Shown here: positions 1 to 11,207 of the stretch, piece after piece | Numbering within the stretch: the stretch's first letter is position 1 | Layout of the letters: every line of letters starts with the position of its first letter | NCBI RefSeq assembly: GCF_006345805.1 | Contig: NC_042997.1 | Coordinates: 61,318,001-61,382,000 of the forward strand | Direction of reading: 5' to 3' | Length of the DNA stretch: 64,000 nt | Source of the DNA: Octopus sinensis | Lineage: Eukaryota | Notes under the pieces: model-generated | Database searches by the model: none | What the model was told of the DNA's origin: nothing | What the model saw: the letters and a program-made list of their open reading frames with translations, nothing else | Program-made: the position numbers and the translations under genes

Positions 1-699
1 CCAAATCCAATCTAATAGTATCTTGTGACGTTCATGTTCATGACTTTGTCAATGCCATCACATGCTATTGTTATTGTCATTATCATTATTGTCATTATCA
101 TTGTCACCTTCATCTTGGTAAGAATATATTTTTCTTGATCATAATTTTAAATGTTAAACATAATTGTAATGAATCAGTTAAACATGTCAAGATGTAAGAT
201 TATTAACAATATCATACTTTCTATTTTGTGGTCAGTAGTAATTGGTATAAATGATTAAATTTAGATGGAGAAAACTGTATTTGGTAATAAAATTAACTTA
301 GGTGTAAGACTATATTTTTCTTTATATACCTCTGAATATACTATGTTAAAAAAGAGAAGTATTTTGTTGGAATATCTTATGTTCTGCCATAAAAAAATAT
401 TGTTTTGCCATAAAATGAATATTGCATTGTCTTCACTATATTTATAAAAAAATGTCTGGAGAGAAATTATTGGATGGACCAAGAATGTGAATCTGAAAGC
501 ATCGTTGTCAGTGTATGAAAGTTGATAATGAGTCAAACCTTAAAGTGAGGTACAATAGCCATAAATGTAAAGAACTGACCCACTAAAAACAAATTTTACT
601 ACAACAACCACGATGTATAAGTGAAATATATGTTTCAGTGTCTTGCTTCTCATCTCATTCTATCATCATTGGGCATACAACAAATGTATACACACATGA

Positions 700-1058
700 A
701 CATACATGCACACACACACACACACACACAGGTTGCATTACTTTCAGTTTCCTATTTCTTTATTGCCCACAAGGGGCTAGAAAAGACCTCTTGATCAGAC
801 GGGGCCCCAGGACGATGGGATCCCAGAGCCGCAATGTGCATTCGAGGTGTCGATGTTTACTGAGTCCTGCAATTTGCATCAGTTCATGCAGATAGCCGCG
901 CTCTTCTTTGACAGACGAGCCAAGTGATCCCCCGTCCAGTTTCCATCTACCAAATGCACCCAAAAGGCTTTGATCAGCCTAGGGACAAGAAGCTACTTGC
1001 CTAAGGTGTCACATAGGGCCTGAACTTGAAACCATTTGATTGGGAAGTAAAACTTCTT
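700..1058 (-). mobile_element. tRNA-derived SINE (host) interrupted by the 5.8S chimera
   Basis: The SINE body GGTAGATGGAAACTG|AAAG is split by the insert 753-936. The same family recurs at about 7145, 9805, 10700, 14140, 17890, 27380, 56230 and 58900. Confidence 0.65.
785..936 (-). rRNA. 5.8S rRNA-derived dispersed copy (probable retropseudogene)
   Basis: Reverse complement reads GGATCACTTGGCTCGTCTGTCAAAGAAGAGCGCGGCTATCTGCATGAACTGATGCAAATTGCAGGAC...CATCGACACCTCGAATGCACATTGCGGC...CCCGTCTGA, collinear with the canonical 5.8S motifs (GGATCACTCGGCTCG, GATGAAGAACGC, AATTGCAGGAC, TCGAACGCAC). About 150 nt long; no ITS, 18S or 28S nearby. Confidence 0.85.
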
Positions 1059-1359
1059 ATAGGTCTCATTCATTTAATTAGATGAATATATTGAATTAGA
1101 ATATGTCAGCAATATTTATTAAATGCAAACTGGAATGGAAAATTGTTTATATCTAACAGCATAGGTTTTGGTACCAGTCCAGGTTCTTTGCAATCAGTTA
1201 TAGTTGTTGTTACAAATATCATCTTAATGAAATTGTTGGTTCTTGCCATGATTTATGTTTTATTATTTCTTTTGTGTGTGCATGTATGTATGTCAGTATT
1301 ATCTATATATGTATGTATGTATTTATTGATGTATATATGTGTGTGTGTATGTATGTATA

Positions 1360-1427
<68 letters not shown>

Positions 1428-1498
1428 TCAAAATGTTACCACATGTGAATTGCTGATGATTTTCTTCCTCCGTCTTCCTTTCTATTGGACTTTCATCT

Positions 1499-1533
1499 GT
1501 TTCTGAAGAAGAGTGTTGCTCAAAACATTAAAT
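1499..1533 (+). ncRNA. Decayed minimal hammerhead ribozyme motif (Penelope-like terminal module)
   Basis: GTTT-CTGAAGA-A-GAGT gtt GCTC-AAAA-CATT-AAAT. Stem I, core and stem II are in hammerhead order. GAAACGTT has degraded to AAAACATT, consistent with CpG decay. Confidence 0.5.
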
Positions 1534-2649
1534 CATCTTTCTTTCCTTCCTTGAGCATTTGCTAATACTTTACATGTGCCATGTACTCGCGTTGTTGATT
1601 TTTTTGTGTTTGTTGTTCTTTTTTAGGATTTACTATATATATATATATATATATATGCATGTATATATATATATATATGTATATGTATGTATACATATGT
1701 ATGTACATCTATATATATATATATAGTGTGTGTGTGTATGTATACATATGTATGTGTAAGTGTGTATATATATGTGTGTGTATATATATGCATGTGTATA
1801 TATACATATATGTGTTTATGTATATGTGTGTGTATATATATATATATGTATGTGTGTGTGTATGTGTGTATATATATGTCTAGATATATATGTGTGTATG
1901 TGTGTGTGTATGTAATAACTGCTTATTAGTAATGCTTTAGCTGTGTGAAATCATAAAATACACACATACATGCACTATCTTGATTTACAAGGTATCAGTC
2001 TGAGATTAGTGTAGCTCACTTGAGGTATTAAAATACACCAAATAAAATGTATACTTCACTTTTGTTTCCATATAGTTGTAAATTTGGGAATATATATATG
2101 TGTATGTGTGCTATCTAGATTAGTAATCTTTAGTTATATTAATATATTAGTTATTTTCCCCTCTTTCATCGTCATCATCATCATCACTGTCATCATTGTC
2201 ATTAACACCACCATTAACATATTCAAATTCATCGCCATCATGATCATTAATCATGATCATTATTTTTAAACATTTTTTCCTTGATTAAAAAATGCTAAAC
2301 TTTTGAGCTAGAACAGGCTGCATATTGGCAGAGTCTTTAAAGCCTTATATAAAATGTCTTATAGAATATGTTCCACTCTCTGTGTTCTGAGTTCAAATCC
2401 AACCATGGTTGTCTTTGCCATCCATTCTTTTAGCATTGTTAAAAAGATGTACCATTTTAGATGGTTGGCCTTGGGGTCTCTTTTCTGGTGCTGTGTTCTG
2501 GCAGTGGTGTCTGCAATTACATTGGTGCCATGCTATATTGGCTTAAGTCAATGGTCTTTCATATGGACAACATGGAGATAGTGAGCTTGGAAATAGTGAG
2601 ACCCTCATGGGCAATTACTAGCTTCCCTTAAAGAAAACATTTTACCTGT

Positions 2650-3020
2650 ATTTAGCTTCTGGAACATCTCTGTTTTAGTGACCAACAATAATCAACCAAC
2701 ATAGAAGAGCTCCACTTTCCTTAGTACTGGGTTTCCTTGTTCTAAATGTCCCGGTGAAACCTCTTGCCATGCTCATCACTGGTAGCTTCAAGATTAACAG
2801 GGAAAAAGTCCAAGTGGGAGTTCAAGAAGTGGATTTTGAGGTTCATATTGCATCTCAAAACCTTGTATGATGTCGGTAGCTCTTTCACAATGTCAAAATA
2901 GTCTTCTCTTCTGAGATTCTCCCAAAACTCTCTGCAAACTTTCTTAAATGACAGCCACACAGCTTTTTCAGCATCATTAAGTTCTTCATCAAACTTTTGG
3001 TCTCTCATCAGCTCAGTACA
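2650..3020 (-). pseudogene. DNA transposase C-terminal remnant (Chapaev-3/CMC-like; family assignment from memory)
   Basis: Translates to EKAVWLSFKKV...CNMNLKIHFLNSHLDFFPVNLEATSDEHGKRFHRDI*NKETQY*GKWSSSMLVDYCW, a widespread invertebrate transposase motif block, with in-frame stops. Confidence 0.6.
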
Positions 3021-3821
3021 TAAAGATGAACTAGATGCTGCAAAGTACTTTACCTGGTGTGCTAGCAATTCTGCCAACTTGCTGCCTTAAAGGTCTGCAA
3101 TAATGATTTAATGTTTTACCTCAGTTAGGTCTATACTAAAATAGTTATGACTGACCAAAACTATCACTTATTTATGTAATCATATTGAGTAAACTGTTGT
3201 TTAGCAAATTTAGATATTTGTACACGAAATACTAAACTAAATACTTTAACACTTGGGTGGATATCTTTCCTACTGCTAATTAGTCTTTAGTAAAGTGTTT
3301 ACTTGATTTCATTAAATTAAACATAATATTGACTCTTGTCCAAATTACAACAAAGTATTCATTGTAGCATGGCTTGAAACCATTGCTGTGTGGCAGTATA
3401 ACCACCTCAAGGTCATCTGGTCATCATTTGAATATAAAAGTTATAGTAACATAATATTACATTAGTATAGTATTCAGTGTCTTGTCTTTCAAGGTTGTAA
3501 CTTCTGACATTCAAGACTTTTCAATATTTTAAGGGTCTCTTATTTTTTAACAACATTATGATGGAAGAACTAAAAGTTACTTGGTTGCTGGAGGAGAGAA
3601 TTATATACATTTTATATCTTTTCTGGCATTAAGTCAAGAATTAGCAAGAAAACATGGAGAGAAATTAGCTAGAAAGAGTCCATGAAAAGATTGTTGAAAT
3701 CCTCATAGCATGATAGATGCATTAGAAATATGTTAATGGATTTTACTGAAATAAGGACTTCCTGAATAGGGTCAGTATATACAGAGAAAACAAAATCATA
3801 TCAAATCTAATTGGTTTTGGT

Positions 3822-4028
3822 GTTTTGATACAGCCCCTATCTGAGACAGACCCCAGTTCCATGATGCATGCTTTCTGGTTTAAAGTGATCTAAATTAAGA
3901 CCTTCCATCAAAATTTCATGCTAATTAATATTCTTAATATCAGTTAGTTTACTAAATATTTTGTAATTTTCAAAATTAATAGCAGCAAAGACAGTATATG
4001 TCAATAGAAATATGGTAAGGAGAAAAGG
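3822..4028. mobile_element. piggyBac-type MITE remnant
   Basis: Ends in ...AAAAGG-TTAA. Body is similar to the repeat starting at 19943. Left terminus is degraded. Confidence 0.4.
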
Positions 4029-5393
4029 TTAATTCAGAGATATTAGTAGACTAGTATATCAGTAGTGGAGTTGAATGATGAATGATTAATAATTATGAAC
4101 AGGTGTAGAAAATTGGCAGTCAAAGGCAGATAATATTGTTATTATTGTTGTCATAGTAGTCATAAAAATATATTTGAAATAATTGAATTGCAAATGCTGA
4201 CTTCCATGATATTTCTTAAGTCATTTCAAAGACTGACTACTTTACTCTGTTCTTGTGAAATTAAGGGAATTAGCAATATAATTTGTTTTCATGTCAAGAG
4301 ACTGAAGTGCGTGCTAAAGCATAGATTGACAGAAAAAAATATTTTCAATTAGTAAAGTTAATGATATTTGAAATTATAAGCTTTCTTTCACTTAAAATCT
4401 CCTGCTGTCATGTTTTAAGACAATTTAGAAACTAATTAAGCACATAGTTTTAACTGTATTTATAAACAGTTGGAGAAAGATAGTCTTAGATGCAGTTTTT
4501 ATAACAACTTTTTTGTCTTGGGAGTTACTTTGTTTAATATGACCGGTTTCATTCTGATTTGCATGCATATTTTTGATGTATAAATAAAAAACAATGATGG
4601 AATTTCTGATCTGCTCTATACTTGATTCGAATATCTAATTTGCTATCTGAGATAAGTTCATGAAGCATAGTACTGATGAAGCTAAGATGACACCATTTCA
4701 GACAGTGAAAGTTTGAAAATATATAAAAGAAAATAATGTTTTAGTTAAGAAATTTCAAACTAATCATTTGTTTATCAAAAGCCAACTAAACATTTAAGAG
4801 ATTGAAATGTAGTACTTAGATATATGGAGGTATTTAAATAGACATTTGAAAAAGACTAAGCTGAAGGTAGAAAGGAATTATCAGCTTTCAATCAAATGTA
4901 GATAAATACATTTGAATGTACTCCACAAGATGATTAATAAGCCTAAATCAAAAGTGTGGAAAATCACTGAAACACTGACACAATAAAACACTTTCAAAAT
5001 TGGACAAAATATATTATATAGCTCAGTCTTATAACTTTATTTTTGTAACCACCAGGTGCTAAGAATATTTTAAAATATAATCTTAATCAATTATTCTAAT
5101 CAGTGAACTTTACCAGTATTCTAATCAATGAATTCAACTCAATTAACTCTACCTTTTCAGATCTAAGTAAATTTATTGATAATTACATTAGAAAAAACAG
5201 TCTTTCTTTGTTTTACATAAACTTGATTCTTTATTTATTTTAAAGGGCTCTGTTATCAAAAATTTTCTCTTTCACTTCATTTTTCCATGTTTCTTCTGAT
5301 TAAAGTAAAAAAAATTGCTATGTATTATAAATATATTTATAAAAATTAATGTAGGAAATAACTCTTTTTTTTTTTTTTGCTCTCTTTATCCAG

Positions 5394-5494
5394 GTTCTTA
5401 TAAATTCTGTTTAATGATGAAGTTTGAGAACTGCTGAAAATGAGCTCACAGTAATGATGGTGGACTATCGAACACAAACAAGCAAAAAACAACT
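5394..5494 (+). promoter_or_regulatory. 5' UTR part of the FAM20B first coding exon with three uORF starts
   Basis: Strong acceptor (T-run...TCTCTTTATCCAG|G at 5393/5394). uORFs at 5414-5437, 5440-5454 and 5454-5594. Confidence 0.65.
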
Positions 5495-5903
5495 ATGTTC
5501 CTGGGTATTTTTAGGGTTCGCAGAAAGAAGCATCTCGTTGTGGCTGGATTGCTTTGTATTATACTGTTTCTATTATATGAAATCCAACAGCTAAGTTATA
5601 TTGATAATCAGCAGAGACTGGATATACCTTTACATAAAGAAAAATATAATGTTGCTGAAAGTAATGCTGTTAAAAATAATGAGCAAGATGTAATGCAACC
5701 CATATTAAATGAATTAGAAAAAGATAATGACAATTTTAATGATAATTTTGATTCAATCCATCCTGAAGATATAAGTTGGGAATTAATTGAAAAGTTTAAA
5801 GTTGACTATGACGATCATTTTCAACCTATTGTTTCACCTTGGGATGTGTCAAAAAGTTGGGTTAATTCAAGAGAAATCTTTCCAGATGTTGTTCCTGAGC
5901 TAG
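5495..5903 (+). CDS. FAM20B: First coding exon of a FAM20B-like glycosaminoglycan xylosylkinase (type II Golgi membrane protein)
   Basis: Basic tail (RRKK), TM helix and stem, then SPWDVSKSWVNSREIFPDVVPELG, which matches FAM20B [24 protein letters not shown]. Phase-1 donor G|GTAAAT at 5903/5904. Confidence 0.85.
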
Positions 5904-6505
5904 GTAAATATTAAGATTTCAATTTCAAATTCTAATTGCTGCAAACCTCATTTGTTTGCTGATAGATTTTCTCTCTTACTTTCTTTTATTAACACAGGAA
6001 CAGTTTTCATTGAAAAAGATTTTAATTTACCATTCATGACACAATTTAGAAAATCAAATACAATTTTCATCATTAGTCTTAGAATGTCTGTTGTTTATCA
6101 GATCATTATTATTGTCTCAGTTTCAGTTACGACAGGAACATTAACTTGTAAGGTGTAATCAGGTTGGATGTAGGCCAAGACAAATATGGTTTCAAACTGA
6201 TAAATTAACAGAGAGTATGTGAGAAAAGAAAGACCAATAAATGTTTTCAGTCAGTAAGAAACAAAATCTATAAGCACATCTCTCTAGTATTTTCATTTAA
6301 GACTAAATAAACATTTTCTTAGTCTGTTGTAATTGACTGATCAATTAAGATTATAACTCGTAGAAGTGACACTATGGCTTTGATAATAAATACAGTTGAT
6401 AATGTCCTTTTCTCTTTCAGTTAATGAGTTAATTAAATTCTTCTCACTTACAGTCAATTTCTCCTACATTGTCAGCATTAAAGCAATGTGCAAGACCAAC
6501 TTTAA

Positions 6506-6621
6506 ATTTGTTAAGAGATCTTGTGTGGTTTATGATTATCACTAGATATTAGAGCAATGCTATTTGTTAAGAGATCTTGTGTGGTTTATGATTATCACTA
6601 GATATTAGAGCAATGCTATTT
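6506..6621. repeat. Perfect 56-bp tandem duplication
   Basis: ATTTGTTAAGAGATC...GAGCAATGCT twice, followed by ATTT. Confidence 0.95.
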
Positions 6622-6972
6622 ATTAACTGAAGTGTCTTAATTGAATGTCTTTTTTTTTTCCTATGAAATCCATTGTATAAGCAGTAGAAGAAATTTCATT
6701 AATTTACTATTTGTATATTTTTTTGTGCTCTCTGATAATATTGTAACGCATTATATTATCTAATATCATTACACATTTCAAAATGTTCAATTTTTCATTT
6801 TTTTCTGTGGCATATTAAAAATTATTGAAATATTGAAATAGAAAAAATATATAGACTATAATAATGAACACACATAAAATCTTCTTTACATATCTATAAT
6901 AGGATGACCAACACACACACACATGTGTATGAGAGTGTCTGGACAGACAGACAGACACACACACACACACAA

Positions 6973-7007
<35 letters not shown>

Positions 7008-7144
7008 TGTGTGTGTGTATGTGTGTACATACACACAAACGTATTTTAAAATTTTTTACGTGTTTCATTCATTGGATTGTTGGGACAATGCCTTGAGGGA
7101 TTTTTGGTGGACAAATCAACCTCAGTGCTTATTATTATTATAAA

Positions 7145-7400
7145 GGCAGATACTTATTCTATTGGGTATCTTTTGCTGAACCACTAAGTCACAGGGGTGT
7201 AAACAAACCAACACCGATTGTCAAGCAGTGGTGGTGGACAAACACAAACATACATACACATACATATATACATATGTGATGGACATCTTTCACTTTCCAT
7301 CTACTGAATCCACTCACAAGGCACTTATAGCACAAGGTGTCACGCAGTGAGTCTGAACTTGCAACAATGTGTTAGGAAGCAAAATTCTTACCACACTGCA
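7145..7400 (-). mobile_element. tRNA-derived SINE; mariner inserted at its 5' head
   Basis: Family body (CTGAACCACTAAGTCAC...CCACTCACAAGGC...TTCTTACCAC) abuts the mariner TA site. Confidence 0.6.
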
Positions 7401-7404
7401 TATA

Positions 7405-8696
7405 CGAGGGGCGTTCAATAAGTAATGCCCCTGACCCACTTCCCATTGCAGTAGAGCAATGAAACTTGGCACAGTTATTAGTCTTTTTCTACATAGGAAC
7501 CACCCAGAGTTACGCATTTCTCCCATCGTTTGATGCAGCTCTGGAGACCGTTTTTGTAGAAGACCCCAGCTTGGTCCTCCAACCACGATGTGACTTCAGA
7601 AATCAAGGCCGCATCATCTGGGAAACGTTTTCCTTTCAAAAGTAACTTCATGGCTGGGAAGAGGTGAAAATCAGAAGGTGCAAGGTCAGGAGAGTAGGGG
7701 GATGAGGGAGGAGTTCATAGCCGCACGCCTGTGCTTCTGATCTGGCGACAAGCGAGTTGTGGATCGGAGCGTTGTCCTGCAGGAGGAGGATGCCTTTGCT
7801 GATCTTACCCCGCCTCTTGATTTTGATAGCTTCTCTTAATTTCCTCAAAAGTGAAGCATAATTGGCTCCTGTAATTGTGGTACCCTTTGCCAGGAAATCT
7901 GTTATCATTACTCCGTCCTGGTCCCAGAAGACTGTGAGCATGACCTTGCCAGCGGAGGGCTGCACCCTTGCCTCCTTTGGAGGAGGTGAGTCACGGTGCT
8001 TCCACTGCATTGACTGGGCTTTGGTCTCTGGATCATAGTGATGGACCCAGGTTTCATCCTGTGTAATCAGTCTTTTGAAAAATTTTGACTCATCTTCTTG
8101 GCACATCTCCAAATTCACCCTCGAGCACTCGACGCATTCTTGCTTCTGGAAAGGTGTGAGCAACCTGGCAATCCATCTGGCAGACACCTTTTGCATATGC
8201 AAATGGTCATGAATGATAGTTTCCACAGTCCTGGTACTAATCTTGACCTCATGGGCTACTTGGCGAATAGTTATGCGTCGATCTTCCAAAATGGCAGCCT
8301 CAACTTGATGTAAAGATGCCTCATCAATGGCAGAAGTGGGGCGACCAGATCTGGGAGCTGTTTCCACAGAGTTCCGACCATGTTTGAATTCACGATGCCA
8401 GCGTTTTACAAGGTCATATGATGGGGCATCATCACCATAAGTTACTTTCATTTCATCAAAAGTCTCCCGTGGTGTGCGTCCTTTCAAATACAAAAACCGG
8501 ATCACTAATCGACACTCAACTGGCTCCATTTCACACTTGACTCAGTTCAAACACCTGTAATTCAGAAACCACAATTAGTTCAGAGCTGTAATTTGCCACT
8601 TAATCTATAGAGATATAAATAATTGCACATGCAAAATTTCAGCTAGATCAAACAACTGCAAGTGGGTCAGGGGCATTACTTATTGAACACCCCTCA
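7405..8696 (-). mobile_element. Full-length mariner (DD34D, irritans-like TIR) transposon, 1292 bp
   Basis: 37-bp TIRs (CGAGGGGCGTTCAATAAGTAATGCCCCTGACCCACTT; 35/37 identical). TA duplication at 7403-7404 and 8697-8698. Confidence 0.95.
7478..8529 (-). pseudogene. Mariner transposase with a single 1-nt frameshift (350 aa if repaired)
   Basis: HTH region, WIARLL, TQDETW, LQDNAP. After a missing base in the G5 run at 7697-7701 the frame continues YSPDLAPSDFHLFPAMK...YVEKD*. Confidence 0.92.
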
Positions 8697-8802
8697 TATG
8701 TATATAGATATATATTGTGGATCTGAACCTAAAAATTTCTTTCCCAAGATATAGGCTGAGGATTATTTTGTAGGTAGAAGAGCAGTTGTAGCCCATATTT
8801 GC

Positions 8803-9736
8803 AAATCACTGCCTGAAGTATACAATGGTGATAGTTAAAAATCAGTACTGTTAATGTCAATCTAGTACAGCAATCATTTTACAGTAAATTATTATGAAGT
8901 TCTGTATCAGATACATGACCATAAATAACATCTCTGTTTTCATATCCTGTATATCTTACAGAAATTATATGTTTACAACATGGAAACCAAATACTGTATT
9001 ACCCATTTTTAAAAGTGAAAATATGCATGTTTACAGATCTGTTCTCTACTACAGGGAAAGAAATTTATGTGACTAGAGCAAAATATTTCACATATTTTAA
9101 CAGTGATGTTGGTCAAAGGAAAGGGGAAAAGGCCTATACAGCTTGGCTTCAGTATCATTGCAAGGAGTGCTGTCAGAGCACAAAAAGTCAAATCAGATGA
9201 TTCAATGCATCTCATGTAATGTCCTAGCAATTTCATCAATCTACTGTCCTGAACTGCTACAAAAGTTGAAATTAGTGGGGTTTTAACACATCATAATCAT
9301 CAGCATCATCATTATTGTTTCAACATCCACTTTTCCTTGTTTGCATTACTTGGACAGAATTTGTTAAGGTGGATTTTCTATGGCCAGATGCCCTTCCTGT
9401 CACCAGCCCTCACCTGTTTCCAAGCTAGGTAATATTTTCCCACGAGATATTTTTTCATGGAAGTTTGGAAACACAGGACATTGCTTGTATGATTGCTAAC
9501 ACTTGCTTATAATTATCATGCAAAGTCAAGGTAAAGAGACAGTAAAACAAATACACAAACATACATACATGTGCGCACACACACACATATGTACATACAT
9601 ATGGAAAACACGAATAATGGAGTGGAATGTAATTTTGAGGACCGTATGAGTTGCAGTGACTTAGACTGGTGATTAAAAAGTGTGATTAAAAAGTATTTGC
9701 CTATATTTTTAATTTTGTTTTCTCTCTCTCTTTCTC

Positions 9737-9808
<72 letters not shown>

Positions 9809-10258
9809 GCATCTTTCAGTTTCTGTCTCCCAAATCAGTGCACAAACCATTGGTCAGTGTAGGGATATCATGGAAGACACTTGCTCGAGGTGCTGTGCAG
9901 TGGAATGAACCCAAATCCATGTGGTTAAAAAGCAATCTTCTTTCCTCACAATTTTGCTAAATCACTGCCTGAAGTATACAATGGTGATAGTTAAAAATCA
10001 GTACTGTTAATGTCAATCTAGTACAGCAACCATTTTACAGTAAATTATTATGAAGTTCTGTATCAGATATATGACCATAAATAACATCTCTGTTTTCATA
10101 TCCTGTATATCTTACAGAAATTATATGTTTACAACATGTAAACCAAATACTGTATTACCCATTTTTAAAAGTGAAAATATGCATGTTTACAGATCTGTTC
10201 TCTACTACAGAGAAAGAAATTTACGTGACTAGAGCAAAATATTTCATATATTTTAACA
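8803..10258. repeat. 300-bp direct repeat pair (8803-9102 and 9959-10258)
   Basis: Offset 1156 bp; 6 substitutions counted; produces the near-identical ORFs at 8894 and 10050. Confidence 0.95.
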
Positions 10259-10986
10259 TATAAATAAAGGAGGGTTAACAGTACAATCATAGTGGTCTAT
10301 AGTTACTATTAAACAAGTGCTGTAGAAACATCTGCTGAGTTGGTGACTTGATTTCAGTATCTGGTTAATGTTATTTCATTTTATATCACTAATGATCTCG
10401 GTGGAAAAGCATTAATGTTGTTACGTATCCATTTTCTTTACTGTCAAAGACATTGACCTCAATAACTTCTTGAGAAATGGTTCATCAGTTTTGAAAAAAG
10501 TTGAAATGAAGTAATTGGCATTAAAGGGTAGCATTAAAAGTGGGTAGTGATCTGATAGGAAAATAGTGCCCATCTTTTGAAGTACTGTTTGATGTTAGTG
10601 GAAATGTCTGACAACAAGGAGTTTTGTCTAACTTTTTTTTTTTTGTTTCAATCATTGAACTATGGGCATATTGGGGCTCCTTGAAGAGTTTAGTCAGATA
10701 AATCAACCCCAGTACTTATCTTTTGGCCACACTGCTAAGCTATGAAGGTATAAACAAACCAGCATTGGTTGTAAAGTAAAAAGAGAGAAAGACACACACA
10801 CACACACACACACAAAGAGAGAGAGGGGCTTCTTTCAGTTTTTGTCTATTATCAGATCTTCTCACAAGGCTTTGTTTGGTCTGGGGTTGTAGTAGAAAAC
10901 ACCCAAGGTGGGTTTGAACCTGGAACCATGTGGTTGAGAAGAAAACTTTCTAACACACAGCCATGTCTGCACCTATTATAGAATGA

Positions 10987-11140
10987 TGTCTAGAATTAGG
11001 AATTGTCTAGCATTAGTCCTACTGTCTAGCATTAAAGATGGTGTCCAGTAGTGATGTCTAATATTTGGAGAAGTGTCTAATGTGAAAGAGAAGTGTTTAA
11101 TATTAAGACTAGTGGCTAACATCTATCAGTGGTGTCTAAC
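10987..11140. repeat. Degenerate ~19-20-bp minisatellite (TGTCTA core, about 9 units)
   Basis: TGTCTAG/TGTCTAA-like core recurs at near-constant spacing. Confidence 0.6.
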
Positions 11141-11159
11141 ATAAGGTATCTTGGCAAGG

Positions 11160-11205
<46 letters not shown>

Positions 11206-11207
<2 letters not shown>

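Noticed and set aside
1143-1929. ORFs rich in YI/CV/TH/ER dipeptides (also at about 6815, 9516, 14238, 41382, 55182, 57788-59605)
   Set aside because: They are translations of (TA)n, (CA)n and (GA)n microsatellites, not genes.
4670-4715. CTGATGAA...GTGAAAG as a hammerhead
   Set aside because: No convincing stem I or stem II.
9103-9200. DVGQRKG as FAM20B ADVGYKG
   Set aside because: Wrong phase, no TQLK continuation, and an early stop.
10987-11140. Regularly spaced repeat as a CRISPR array
   Set aside because: The core is only 6-7 nt and degenerate, the linkers are too short, the context is eukaryotic and there are no cas genes.
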